The position numbers and the translations under genes are program-made. A stretch of DNA of 64,000 nt, taken from a virus (Duplodnaviria; Caudoviricetes). Location: positions 79,091 through 143,090 of the IMG/VR virus record IMGVR_UViG_3300029288_000086, one strand, 5' to 3'. Positions within the stretch are counted from its first letter, which is position 1; each line of letters starts with the position of its first letter. Below the pieces are notes generated by a model. It had not been told where the DNA came from and did no database searches. It saw nothing but the letters and a program-made list of their open reading frames with translations. This document shows, in pieces, positions 48,075 to 57,376 of the stretch.

Positions 48075-48929
48075 ATGAGAATTAGAACGGATGTTGATGC
48101 AAACTACAAAGCAATATTCTTTGAAGGCAAAACCATCAGACAAAGAATTACTAATTCTATGCCGGTATCCGCCCCTGAATATGCCGAAATAGAAGATGTT
48201 GCTATCAATAGTAAGTGTTTTGGTAATTGCCCTTACTGTTATACGTCTGCACTTCATACTGGCACTAATTTTGAAAACATTGTTGAAAAGGCACGACTGA
48301 TATGGGGATCAAGAATATTAAACAACCGTCCTTTCCAAATTGCTATTGGTGGTGCTGGTGAATCTACATTACATCCAGATTGGATTAATTTTGTTAAAAG
48401 TGTTTATGAGTTAGGAATTGTACCAAACTATACAACCAACGGAATGCACTTAACAGAAAATATTTTAATGGCTACTGAACAATATTGCGGTGGCGTTGCA
48501 GTTAGTTATCATCCCCATATTGAAAAAGTTTTTCATCAATCAATTAACACTTTATCTGAAATAAAAACAGTATTGAATGTTCACATTATTATTGGTGACG
48601 AAAAATCTTTAACTGATTTAAAAATTCTTTTTGAAACATATAAAGAAAAAGTGAAATATTTTGTTTTGTTGCCATATAAAGCAGTTGGAAGGGCTACAAA
48701 TATTGAAACTAGAAACACATGGAATAATTTGTTTAAGTGGATATCAACCTTAAATAAATCTGAATATGAAAAATTCGCATACGGAGCTAATTTTTATGAC
48801 TATCTAAAAGAAAACCAACTAAAATTACCTATTGACATTTACGAACCAGAGATGTATTCTGGATATAGAATTTTTGATGATTCTTTTATGAATCTTCGTC
48901 ACAGTTCGTATAATCTAACTTTCAAATAA
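48075..48929 (+). CDS. Radical SAM protein
   Basis: CFGNCPYC (CxxxCxxC), GGAGESTLHP and TTNG motifs. Confidence 0.9.
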   Translation: MRIRTDVDANYKAIFFEGKTIRQRITNSMPVSAPEYAEIEDVAINSKCFGNCPYCYTSALHTGTNFENIVEKARLIWGSRILNNRPFQIAIGGAGESTLHPDWINFVKSVYELGIVPNYTTNGMHLTENILMATEQYCGGVAVSYHPHIEKVFHQSINTLSEIKTVLNVHIIIGDEKSLTDLKILFETYKEKVKYFVLLPYKAVGRATNIETRNTWNNLFKWISTLNKSEYEKFAYGANFYDYLKENQLKLPIDIYEPEMYSGYRIFDDSFMNLRHSSYNLTFK

Positions 48930-48938
48930 GGAGAAAAA

Positions 48939-49457
48939 ATGAAAACAATTTTTGTAATGAATATTGAAAACACAATTGATTTGATTACTAACTCATCATC
49001 GGAACTTTTTGTGCTAAAAGGTGGTACAAAAGAAGCAATCACACAAATGCTCGATACTATTGATCCTGCATGGCGCAAAGAATATGCAGAACCAAAAAAT
49101 ATTGTAGAATTAGATGCAAATGAACTTGACACATATTTTAGTTACGCTTGCTCACCTCACATGAGGCCTGCAAAAAAATCAATGTATCCTGTTTTGAACG
49201 GATTTACTTTTGACGAACTTTATGAAAAGGACACTGACCGTGGTAAAAATTGGGATGGTAGTGTAGACTATAAACTCAAAAACAATGAGGATGATAGTAA
49301 ATGGGGTAATTTTGTGACTGAAACAAACAAAAATGCCATGATTGAAAAACTTAATCCCAAAAAGGATATGTGGTTTTTGTTCTCTTTTGATGAAAATCCA
49401 GATTGGGATTTGCAAGAGAAATTAATGGATATTGCTGAACGCTATCATTTAGGATAG
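48939..49457 (+). CDS. Hypothetical protein with TNSSSE motif (radical SAM partner)
   Basis: DLITNSSSELFV; same palindrome-bounded unit as the radical SAM gene. Confidence 0.65.
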   Translation: MKTIFVMNIENTIDLITNSSSELFVLKGGTKEAITQMLDTIDPAWRKEYAEPKNIVELDANELDTYFSYACSPHMRPAKKSMYPVLNGFTFDELYEKDTDRGKNWDGSVDYKLKNNEDDSKWGNFVTETNKNAMIEKLNPKKDMWFLFSFDENPDWDLQEKLMDIAERYHLG

Positions 49458-49505
49458 TCATACCCCATGAAACAGCAATTTCATCGGCTTTTTTGAAAGG
49501 ATAAA

Positions 49506-49850
49506 ATGATTAACAAACTTAGACTAATATTGGATTATGAAACATCTAGAGATTGCGACTTAGAAAAATACGCCCCTTCTAATCGCTATGCGTATTGGGT
49601 GTGCGTAGCTGGATATAATACAGAAGAAGAGTTTTTGAAAGAAGAATCTCCTGATGATGCCTTCTTTTCTAGTGGCAAAGAGGCAAATTCAAAATTTGGT
49701 ATTGATCCATCCGTTGAACTAAATTTTGGTGCAATAATTTACGAAAATGGTGAATCATATTTTTCTAATAGGAAGAATGCTGTGAAAATGTTTAAATTTG
49801 TTGAATCAAAATTAAAAGAATTAGGATATGAAATTATAACAAAAAATTGA
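49506..49850 (+). CDS. Hypothetical protein
   Basis: RBS. Confidence 0.6.
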   Translation: MINKLRLILDYETSRDCDLEKYAPSNRYAYWVCVAGYNTEEEFLKEESPDDAFFSSGKEANSKFGIDPSVELNFGAIIYENGESYFSNRKNAVKMFKFVESKLKELGYEIITKN

Positions 49851-49905
49851 CTATTGACTTTTTATAATTGTCGTGCAATAATATATAACAGAAAGGATAA
49901 TAAAA

Positions 49906-50103
49906 ATGAAAAAAGAAAATTTGCAGATCGGTGATAATGTTTCTTTCAGGTATGACAAGGGAATTACACTACACGGGCAAGTTAATTGGATTAACTATTT
50001 TGATGATGGAATTCTTGTGCTTGTAGGAAATGAAGTAAACGGGGTTTCTTATATTGGAAACTTTGAAGTTCCGGCAAGCAGGGTTTACCCCACGAAACAA
50101 TGA
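49906..50103 (+). CDS. Small SH3/KOW-like protein
   Basis: LQIGDNVSF; promoter at 49854. Confidence 0.55.
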   Translation: MKKENLQIGDNVSFRYDKGITLHGQVNWINYFDDGILVLVGNEVNGVSYIGNFEVPASRVYPTKQ

Positions 50104-50129
50104 TTTCATTAAAAAAGAAAGGACTAAAT

Positions 50130-50303
50130 ATGTTTGACTGGATTAAAAACAAAATTTTCAATTGGCGATTTGATCACGGTTATTACCGTATTGAAGAACT
50201 TGTTGTGGGTGGACATTGTGGACTGTGTGGCAGTTGGATGGCAAACGAAATTTTCCCCGAATTTTGGCCTTGGGGAATTTGCAAGGGATGTAAAGAAAAA
50301 TAA
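50130..50303 (+). CDS. Small zinc-finger protein
   Basis: HCGLCG...ICKGC. Confidence 0.55.
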   Translation: MFDWIKNKIFNWRFDHGYYRIEELVVGGHCGLCGSWMANEIFPEFWPWGICKGCKEK

Positions 50304-50381
50304 GGTTGTGAACTTGAAGAATAGTTCCCGTGAAACCGCGATTTCATGCGCCTCAAATTAGATTAGAGAAAGGACTAGAAA

Positions 50382-50570
50382 GTGGAAAAAGTAAAATCAG
50401 TTATTGCAAAACGAGTCATTGATTTTGATTATACCGAAACCATAAATGAAATGATTGAAGATGGGGTTATTAACAGCAAGCAAGATATTAATGACAATGT
50501 TGCCGAATGGTTTGCGGATGATGCTAGACATTGCGCTGAATATAATCTAAAAATTACAATAAAATCATAA
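50382..50570 (+). CDS. Hypothetical protein
   Basis: RBS; stop codon in a palindrome spacer. Confidence 0.55.
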   Translation: MEKVKSVIAKRVIDFDYTETINEMIEDGVINSKQDINDNVAEWFADDARHCAEYNLKITIKS

Positions 50571-50607
50571 TTTCATTAAAGAAACTCAATATAAGGAGAT
50601 ATATAAT

Positions 50608-50856
50608 ATGTTTGGATTAGATTACTATTTTGAAAGTTCGGAAGCAAGTGATATATTGGCAAAATTATTAATGAAAAATATTCCTTATACAGATTATTTT
50701 TCATTAATTGGAAAATCTATTTCTGAATTTATTGATCTAACTGGTGGGCTTCCTTCAGAATTAGATATACATAATTTTGCAAAAAGAATTTTTAATAACC
50801 TAATGAAATCAGGATTTCATGTATATAGAAAGGACTATGAAAATGGAAAAGACTAG
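50608..50856 (+). CDS. Hypothetical protein
   Basis: AAGGAG RBS. Confidence 0.55.
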   Translation: MFGLDYYFESSEASDILAKLLMKNIPYTDYFSLIGKSISEFIDLTGGLPSELDIHNFAKRIFNNLMKSGFHVYRKDYENGKD

Positions 50857-51052
50857 AATTTGGTTTAAAGATGTTCATACTGGACTTTCTTTTGATAAGA
50901 TTGGTTTTTTGTTTTTGAATAATGTTCCTGCAAAAGATGACATTATTATTTTTGAAGAAAAAACTTATACAGTCTTAAGAAGAGAATACGATATTACAAA
51001 TAAAGATTGGTGTGTAGTTTTGTGGTATCCTACCGGAAAAATTGAACATTAG
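50837..51052 (+). CDS. Hypothetical protein
   Basis: AAAGGA RBS. Confidence 0.55.
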   Translation: MKMEKTRIWFKDVHTGLSFDKIGFLFLNNVPAKDDIIIFEEKTYTVLRREYDITNKDWCVVLWYPTGKIEH

Positions 51053-51140
51053 AATTCTTAAATTAACTCAAAACACTTGACTTCTATAAAAACGGACTGT
51101 ATAATATTACTATCAATCGAAATGAAAAGGAGATAATATT

Positions 51141-51491
51141 ATGAATGAAAATAATGAAGCAATTGCAAAATACTATATTGAGCATCCTGATTTGCTGGCA
51201 AGTCTTTTAGACGAGATTAATAATCAAGCCGGTATTCTGATCAATCGAACTCCAATTAAAATTCTTATTGACGTTCAGGGTGGACTGGTTCAAGAAGTAT
51301 TTTCTAACAATCCAGATGTTGAAATTTCTCTAATTGATTGGGACAACATTAAAGAAGGTGGAGACACAGAATTTGTTACGTCTGATAATTATGGTGCAAT
51401 GTTGGTAACAGATGAACAGTTGGAAGAAAAAATGGCTGAAGCAAATAAGGTAATTCAAGAGAATATTGATTGGAATAAAGAAAATAATTAA
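51141..51491 (+). CDS. Hypothetical protein
   Basis: ILIDVQGGLVQEV...LIDWD; promoter at 51077. Confidence 0.65.
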   Translation: MNENNEAIAKYYIEHPDLLASLLDEINNQAGILINRTPIKILIDVQGGLVQEVFSNNPDVEISLIDWDNIKEGGDTEFVTSDNYGAMLVTDEQLEEKMAEANKVIQENIDWNKENN

Positions 51492-51565
51492 CAACCCATG
51501 AAAACAATATTCATGGTACAACATCATATAAAAGGAGATAAAAAGGGTCTAACCAATATCAATAT

Positions 51566-51769
51566 ATGAAATGCCCGAAATGTGGAGAAGAAGAATTTGG
51601 CGATAAAATTATTGTCGGTGAATGGGAAGCAGATGATGATTTTGTTTAGCGAGAATGCACTTGCGATTGTGGTTTTGAATGGAGAGAAGTTTTTCAATTT
51701 GCATTCAATGAAACTTGCGATTCCAATTGCACAAAGTTGGATGAAAGCGGTAACGAAATTAAAGAATAG
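51566..51769 (+). pseudogene. Zinc-ribbon gene interrupted by an in-frame TAG
   Basis: MKCPKCGEEEFGDKIIVGEWEADDDFV*RECTCDCGFEWREVF...KE*; internal TAG at 51647-51649. Confidence 0.6.
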
Positions 51770-51818
51770 TCCCATGAAATTCTACTTTCATTAGGAATAA
51801 CAAACAAGGAGACATAAA

Positions 51819-52031
51819 ATGACCGATTTTAAAGAAAATGATAAAGTAAGAATAGTACCTACTAATAGCAACGAGGAAGCCGGTATTGCTGGAAGAATGG
51901 CAATTATAGACAGATTTGGCGAGAATAATAAATTAGATGGATTGATCACGTATTACGTCATAGTAGAGGGTGATGATGAACAATCTGGCGAATGGGAATT
52001 ACCTGATTTTGAATTAGAATTAATCGCTTAA
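51819..52031 (+). CDS. Small SH3-like protein
   Basis: FKENDKVRI...ELELI. Confidence 0.55.
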   Translation: MTDFKENDKVRIVPTNSNEEAGIAGRMAIIDRFGENNKLDGLITYYVIVEGDDEQSGEWELPDFELELIA

Positions 52032-52048
52032 CAGAAAGGACTATAACT

Positions 52049-52417
52049 ATGAAACTCAACATTAACCCTAAAACTAACCCTAATCTATTAGGCGAAAATC
52101 TACGTGACGAATTCTTTAAACAAGAAGTCAAACATACCAGACATGGTGATTATCGTCAATTAGGATGTTATGATACATTTGAACTTAAAGACGATGTAAC
52201 ACCACTGCCTGACGAGTTGCTAGACGAAGGATATCCTGAAGATGGTTCATATCATGTATTCAAGAAAATGGTAAATGGTCAAGAAATTATTATGAAATAT
52301 TTTTGGGATGGTGATGGTGAGTTAGAATTTTTCTTCAAAGGTGGTATGGTTAGCAATGATGATTGTAAAAAGACTTATGGCTGGGAATTTTATGATGAAA
52401 AGCCGATTGATTGGTAA
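52049..52417 (+). CDS. Hypothetical protein
   Basis: RBS; YFWDGDG. Confidence 0.65.
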   Translation: MKLNINPKTNPNLLGENLRDEFFKQEVKHTRHGDYRQLGCYDTFELKDDVTPLPDELLDEGYPEDGSYHVFKKMVNGQEIIMKYFWDGDGELEFFFKGGMVSNDDCKKTYGWEFYDEKPIDW

Positions 52418-52434
52418 GAGGAAAGGATATTGAG

Positions 52435-52650
52435 ATGCCTACTGAACAAGCGTTAGTAAATGAATTAATGGCAACAACAAAGAAAATTGCCTATAACGAT
52501 TCTCTTATGATCATTTCTACCGTCAAAGATGAAATTTTAAAACTTGCATTGAATCATAAACAGAATAATTATTTTCAAGGATATGTGGCTGGATTGCAAG
52601 CCGGACTTGATAAAGCATTTGATTGTATTGAATATAAAAAGAATAATTAA
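52435..52650 (+). CDS. Hypothetical protein
   Basis: RBS. Confidence 0.5.
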   Translation: MPTEQALVNELMATTKKIAYNDSLMIISTVKDEILKLALNHKQNNYFQGYVAGLQAGLDKAFDCIEYKKNN

Positions 52651-52697
52651 ATCCATGAAATACCACTTTCATGTGGTTAACAAAAAAGGAGATTAAA

Positions 52698-53009
52698 ATG
52701 ATTCGTAAAATTACTAGCTTTGCTCGTTCTTTGGCAGTTCTACAAGTTCTTGAAGCAAATGACAGAATCGCCAACAATGAAAAACGATGGTGGATTGAAG
52801 CCTATCAAAACGGTAGAGAACAAGGGATTATTATTTGGGAACCTTCTTTAGCCTATTATGTAGCACAACATCGTAACAGCGATCAAATTGTGGTTTACAA
52901 GGGTTCATATAACATGCAATCTATTTCTGATGATGCATATGAGAATAAAAAATTTTTTAGCACAATTGATGATGCCGTTGAGTGGTTAGTTGAAGAATTA
53001 GACCAATAA
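52698..53009 (+). CDS. Hypothetical protein
   Basis: YQNGREQG...AQHRNSDQIVVY; stop codon in a palindrome arm. Confidence 0.65.
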   Translation: MIRKITSFARSLAVLQVLEANDRIANNEKRWWIEAYQNGREQGIIIWEPSLAYYVAQHRNSDQIVVYKGSYNMQSISDDAYENKKFFSTIDDAVEWLVEELDQ

Positions 53010-53262
53010 AATTCAGATTTCATGTGAAGAAAAGGAGATTAAAATGAATGTAAAGTTTATTTATATTTTTATTCTAGTAGTTTGGTCAATCGCAACTTTT
53101 TCCAATTTTATACTCTTAGTTCTTGAAAAAGATAAAAAAGTTGCAAAAGCTAGGCGAAGCGCATTATACGGAAGTATTGCGTGTGTAGGATTATCAATTT
53201 ATTTATTAACCTTATAATACTCAATAAAATTTATATTTCATGTGGTATAAAAGGAGAAAAAT

Positions 53263-53445
53263 ATGAAAAACAATAAACAAATTGATTCTTTTGCAATCGG
53301 GCTGTTTGGTAGTTGGCTGATTATCACGCCTATTTTTGCATTATTTGACAAAAGTTGGGAAATGGTGGCATTTCGATTCGGATTCACATTGGTTTTTAAC
53401 CTCGTTGTTTATGGTGTTTATAGGCTTATTAAAAGGTTTATTTAA
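53263..53445 (+). CDS. Small two-TM membrane protein
   Basis: Two hydrophobic helices; flanked by palindromes. Confidence 0.55.
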   Translation: MKNNKQIDSFAIGLFGSWLIITPIFALFDKSWEMVAFRFGFTLVFNLVVYGVYRLIKRFI

Positions 53446-53499
53446 CACCATGAAATATATCTTTCATTGGAATTTAATAAAAATAAAAAGGAGCATAAG

Positions 53500-54408
53500 T
53501 TGGAAATTAATATATTATCGTTGTGTGACGGAATGTCTTGTGGACAAATTGCGCTAAATAAAGCGAATATAAAATATAATAAATATTTTGCGTCAGAAAT
53601 AGATTCTGAATCTATAAAAATAACACAGAAAAATTTTCCTAACACCATTCAAGTTGGAGATTTATTAAATATTGATTTTGATTATTTAAAAACTTTACCC
53701 AAAATTGATTTAGTTATTTTTGGATTCCCTTGCCGAAACGCATCTAAGGCTGTAAAAGGAAGAGACGGATATGACAATGGACTACAAGGTAAAAGTACAT
53801 GGCTGTTTTTCCCTTGTGCAGATATTCTACATTGGATACAAAAGAATAATAATACAGATGTATATTTTCTTTGCGAAAATGTTGATGGCATGTCCAAACA
53901 AGATCAAGAGACAATAAACAACAGTTTAAATGTTGAACCAATTTTAATTAATAGTAATATTTTTTCTGCGCAAGATAGAAAAAGATTATATTGGACTAAT
54001 ATTCCTATGAAAGAATTACCAAATAATAAAGGATTAATATTACAAGATATAATGCAAAATTCTTCAGAAATAGAAGAAAAATACTGGTATAAACAATCAT
54101 TTGATTTTCATGGATTCGACAAAAAAGTATGTGCTACTTTAAATTTGAATGGACATGATATATTAAAACGAGTAAATAATCCAGATTTTACTTCTCCAAC
54201 GTTGACATCATGTCGAGGTGGCAATTTACAGAAAAAAGTATTTCAGGATGGGAAATGTAGAAAATTAACTCCAATTGAATATGAGAGACTTCAAACTGTA
54301 CCCGAAAATTATACCGAAGGAGTTTCTATGACTAGTAGATATAATATGCTTGGAGATGGATGGACGGTTGATGCAATTGCTTATATTTTATCATATTTAT
54401 CTGAATGA
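53500..54408 (+). CDS. dcm: DNA (cytosine-5)-methyltransferase, orphan
   Basis: Motif I LSLCDGMSCG, IV GFPC, VI ENV, VIII QDRKRLYW, IX RKLTPIEYERLQ, X RYNMLGDGW; TTG start after AAGGAG. Confidence 0.9.
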   Translation: MEINILSLCDGMSCGQIALNKANIKYNKYFASEIDSESIKITQKNFPNTIQVGDLLNIDFDYLKTLPKIDLVIFGFPCRNASKAVKGRDGYDNGLQGKSTWLFFPCADILHWIQKNNNTDVYFLCENVDGMSKQDQETINNSLNVEPILINSNIFSAQDRKRLYWTNIPMKELPNNKGLILQDIMQNSSEIEEKYWYKQSFDFHGFDKKVCATLNLNGHDILKRVNNPDFTSPTLTSCRGGNLQKKVFQDGKCRKLTPIEYERLQTVPENYTEGVSMTSRYNMLGDGWTVDAIAYILSYLSE

Positions 54409-54464
54409 TTAAATATAATCCCATGAAATCTTCGTTTCATTAGAATTAGTAGAAAGGATATAAA

Positions 54465-54713
54465 ATGAAATATCCAGAGCACGACAAGATGGAGGCACTA
54501 AAAACACGAGGGATTGACACTCAAGAATATGGTTATTTCTTGGAGTGGTTAAAAAACAAATATACTTTATGTAAATACTGGGAGGAAATTGAATCATATC
54601 TTCCAGAACATACAGATATAAATTTAATTCTTGCCGAATATTTTAAAATTGATTATAATAAATTAATGGAAGAAAAAGAACAAATTTTAGAGGAATTTAG
54701 ACTAACATCATGA
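54465..54713 (+). CDS. Hypothetical protein
   Basis: YPEHDKM...FLEWL...LAEYFKID; flanked by palindromes. Confidence 0.65.
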   Translation: MKYPEHDKMEALKTRGIDTQEYGYFLEWLKNKYTLCKYWEEIESYLPEHTDINLILAEYFKIDYNKLMEEKEQILEEFRLTS

Positions 54714-54748
54714 AATGATGTATTCATGTGGTTAGAAAGGATAATACA

Positions 54749-54961
54749 ATGACATGGATTGAAGTTGAAAAAGAAGGATTTGAAGAAGATTTAAATTTAG
54801 TAATGGAGACTCTTTGCTATTATGTTAGACTTAATAAAGACATTCCGTTAACTAACAGATACAGATCAATAGCTGAAGATTTTTTATCAACTACTGATTG
54901 GCTTCCGAGTCAACTATCAAAAGCAAAGAAAAAAGAAATGGATGCTCAACCTACCAAATGA
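54749..54961 (+). CDS. Hypothetical protein
   Basis: RBS. Confidence 0.55.
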   Translation: MTWIEVEKEGFEEDLNLVMETLCYYVRLNKDIPLTNRYRSIAEDFLSTTDWLPSQLSKAKKKEMDAQPTK

Positions 54962-54984
54962 AATGTTGGTGTTATGAGGGAAAT

Positions 54985-55230
54985 ATGCTGAAATTATTAA
55001 ATAAATATGACGCATTAAGAATTTGCGACAAATGTGGCAGAGAAAAAATAATACAAAGGCAAAGATACAATATATTATTAAAAAAGAAAGAACACCTATG
55101 TTTGTCTTGCCTGAAATTAGGACATTTTCAAAGTAAAGAAAAACACGAAGTCAAATCTATGTTTATACCAATTGGCAAAAAATATAAAAGAAAAGGGCAT
55201 TTGCCACAAGCAAAATGGAAAGTACTATGA
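54985..55230 (+). CDS. Basic zinc-ribbon protein (possible nuclease remnant)
   Basis: CDKCG...CLSC. Confidence 0.45.
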   Translation: MLKLLNKYDALRICDKCGREKIIQRQRYNILLKKKEHLCLSCLKLGHFQSKEKHEVKSMFIPIGKKYKRKGHLPQAKWKVL

Positions 55231-55330
55231 AACTGTTATTTCATTTGATATTAATTTAAGGTAATGTTCTATTGTAATTTAAATTTTTGATATGTATAAT
55301 GATATTATCAAAAGATAAAGGAGATAAAAA

Positions 55331-55501
55331 ATGGAATTATCTGAAAATGTTAGGAACAAATTGTCTGATGCTGTTGAGGCGTGGGCAGACGAGAACCTAG
55401 AAGGATTGCCTGCAATTCTCGCTAATGCTATGTATTTTGCGCTAGAAAAGAAAATGATTGAACAGCAAGAAAAGATAGAAAAAGAGTTCGGTAAAAAGTA
55501 G
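55331..55501 (+). CDS. Hypothetical protein (56 aa)
   Basis: Own translation MELSENVRNKLSDAVEAWAD...; AAGGAG RBS. Confidence 0.5.
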   Translation: MELSENVRNKLSDAVEAWADENLEGLPAILANAMYFALEKKMIEQQEKIEKEFGKK

Positions 55502-55545
55502 AACATGAAAGTTCTATTTCATGGTGTTATAAGAAAGGATTAATA

Positions 55546-56073
55546 ATGGACAAACTAATATACAAAGATATTCCAAAATTTACAGGGGACGGCAATTATC
55601 ATTTTGATGTAGATTTAGAATATGCTAAAAAATGGATTGATGAACATGTAAAAGATCATGGATTACAATTAAATCCAGATTTTCAACGTGGTAATGTCTG
55701 GACTCAAAAACAAAAAATTGCTTATATTGAGTTTTTGATTCGTGGTGGAATGACATCTCGTGATATTTATTTTAATCATCCTGGTTGGATGCGTAGTTTC
55801 AAAGGCGAATTTGTTTGTGTGGATGGCTTACAACGGTTAACATCGGTATTAGAATTTATGAATAATGAATTACCTGTCTTTGACGGTCATTACTTAAAAG
55901 ATATTGACAAAATTCCTTTTATGACTGTAACTTTAAAATTTCATATCAATGATCTAAAAACCCGTAAAGAAGTATTAAAATGGTATCTCGAATTCAACTC
56001 TGGTGGCACAGTACATACAGAAGCAGAATTGGATAAGGTTAGAAAAATGATTGAGGAAGAGGAGATTAAATAA
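55546..56073 (+). CDS. DUF262 (ParB/Srx-like) domain protein
   Basis: LNPDFQRGNVWT, VDGLQRLT and FNSGGT motifs. Confidence 0.85.
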   Translation: MDKLIYKDIPKFTGDGNYHFDVDLEYAKKWIDEHVKDHGLQLNPDFQRGNVWTQKQKIAYIEFLIRGGMTSRDIYFNHPGWMRSFKGEFVCVDGLQRLTSVLEFMNNELPVFDGHYLKDIDKIPFMTVTLKFHINDLKTRKEVLKWYLEFNSGGTVHTEAELDKVRKMIEEEEIK

Positions 56074-56276
56074 TGGATCAAATTCATGTAGGTAAACATT
56101 TAAATGGCAAGACTGTATTTCATTCAGAAAATAATGGAGAAATTTTTTGGTCTGGATGGCAATGTCATGAAACAACTCCTGAAGAATTATATTTTATTTG
56201 CAGGACAACTATTGCCGGATTACAGAAATTATTTCCTAATTTAGAGAAAAAAGTTTTAGAAAAGTTAATTGATTAG
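56073..56276 (+). CDS. Hypothetical protein
   Basis: Coupled to the DUF262 stop. Confidence 0.55.
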   Translation: MDQIHVGKHLNGKTVFHSENNGEIFWSGWQCHETTPEELYFICRTTIAGLQKLFPNLEKKVLEKLID

Positions 56277-56320
56277 TCAATGAAATTACCGTTTCATGTG
56301 GTAGGAAAGGATAAATAAAA

Positions 56321-56908
56321 ATGGACTTAAATCATATTGAATGTGCCTATGGTGAAGACAGTAAAACTATTTTGAAGCGACTCTCTATTCTTATAAAAGA
56401 ACTTTTTGATAAAGATATTCCCGTTTTTGAATGTGGTTTTGAATATTATTGTTCAATGGCAAGAATTGATGAAAAAGAAATTCGCATAATGTTTGGAAAG
56501 GATTCTGAAGAATACAAAGAATTTTATAGCGAATCTTTTCGTAAAAATATGGATACAAAAGTTGCTATTGAAAATTATGATAATTGCCCAAAATTTTTAT
56601 TTATCTTTTTTCATGAATTATCACACATGCTCACGGTAAATATGAAAATAGATCAATACGCTATTATTTATAATAAATGGCGCACAGAGTATCAAGAATC
56701 TATTGACCCACAATTGTTGCATCGGCTTTTCCCTTATGAAAAATTAGCAGACAATCTTTCAGTTAAATTAATTACAGAAAATAAAAAAGAAATTATGAAT
56801 ATCTTGTCTGGAGAACCTTATTGTATATCAGATAAACAAAAAAGAAAAAATTTAAAATTAATTAGACGATACGAAGAAAAATATATAAAATCAATGGTTG
56901 CCCCATGA
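56321..56908 (+). CDS. HExxH zinc-metallopeptidase-like protein
   Basis: FFHELSH...PYEKLAD; flanked by palindromes. Confidence 0.6.
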   Translation: MDLNHIECAYGEDSKTILKRLSILIKELFDKDIPVFECGFEYYCSMARIDEKEIRIMFGKDSEEYKEFYSESFRKNMDTKVAIENYDNCPKFLFIFFHELSHMLTVNMKIDQYAIIYNKWRTEYQESIDPQLLHRLFPYEKLADNLSVKLITENKKEIMNILSGEPYCISDKQKRKNLKLIRRYEEKYIKSMVAP

Positions 56909-56955
56909 AATGCTCTTTCATGTGGTTAATTCAAATATAAGAAAGGAAGGATAAC

Positions 56956-57144
56956 ATGGTTGGCGATAGGGATTATTTGGTCTTAGCGGAAATGGAAGGT
57001 ATTTTTGATTATTGGTGGTTAGAGACCGAAAAAGAAATGAGAGAACAAATTGATGATGTTAGGGCTTTTGGTGGAAGGATCACCTTTGCTGGTAAAATTC
57101 ATACTAGCGAAGATTTTACAGACGAATTCACTGAAATAGATTAG
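56956..57144 (+). CDS. Hypothetical protein
   Basis: RBS. Confidence 0.5.
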   Translation: MVGDRDYLVLAEMEGIFDYWWLETEKEMREQIDDVRAFGGRITFAGKIHTSEDFTDEFTEID

Positions 57145-57376
57145 AATTCTTAAAATTTCTAAAAACTATTGTAATCACAAAAATGTCGTGCTATAATATT
57201 ACTATAAATCAAACATAAGAAAAAGGAGATCAAAATGAAAATTGGGAAATTTGAAATTGACGGCATGGTTCTTTTTTATATTGTTCTTGTCATTGCGATG
57301 GTTGTAATTGCCAGTTTCGCAAAGTAATCCCCATGAAATAAGGTTTTTATTGGGTAAAGTTTAGAGAGGATATAAA

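Noticed and set aside
51647-51649. TAG stop-codon reassignment
   Set aside because: Long genes are intact in code 11, many genes end in TAG at proper boundaries (e.g. 46560, 49457), and no suppressor tRNA is seen; this is a single lesion.
51582-51794. Track ORF MEKKNLAIK...
   Set aside because: Shadow frame over the interrupted zinc-ribbon gene, with no good RBS.
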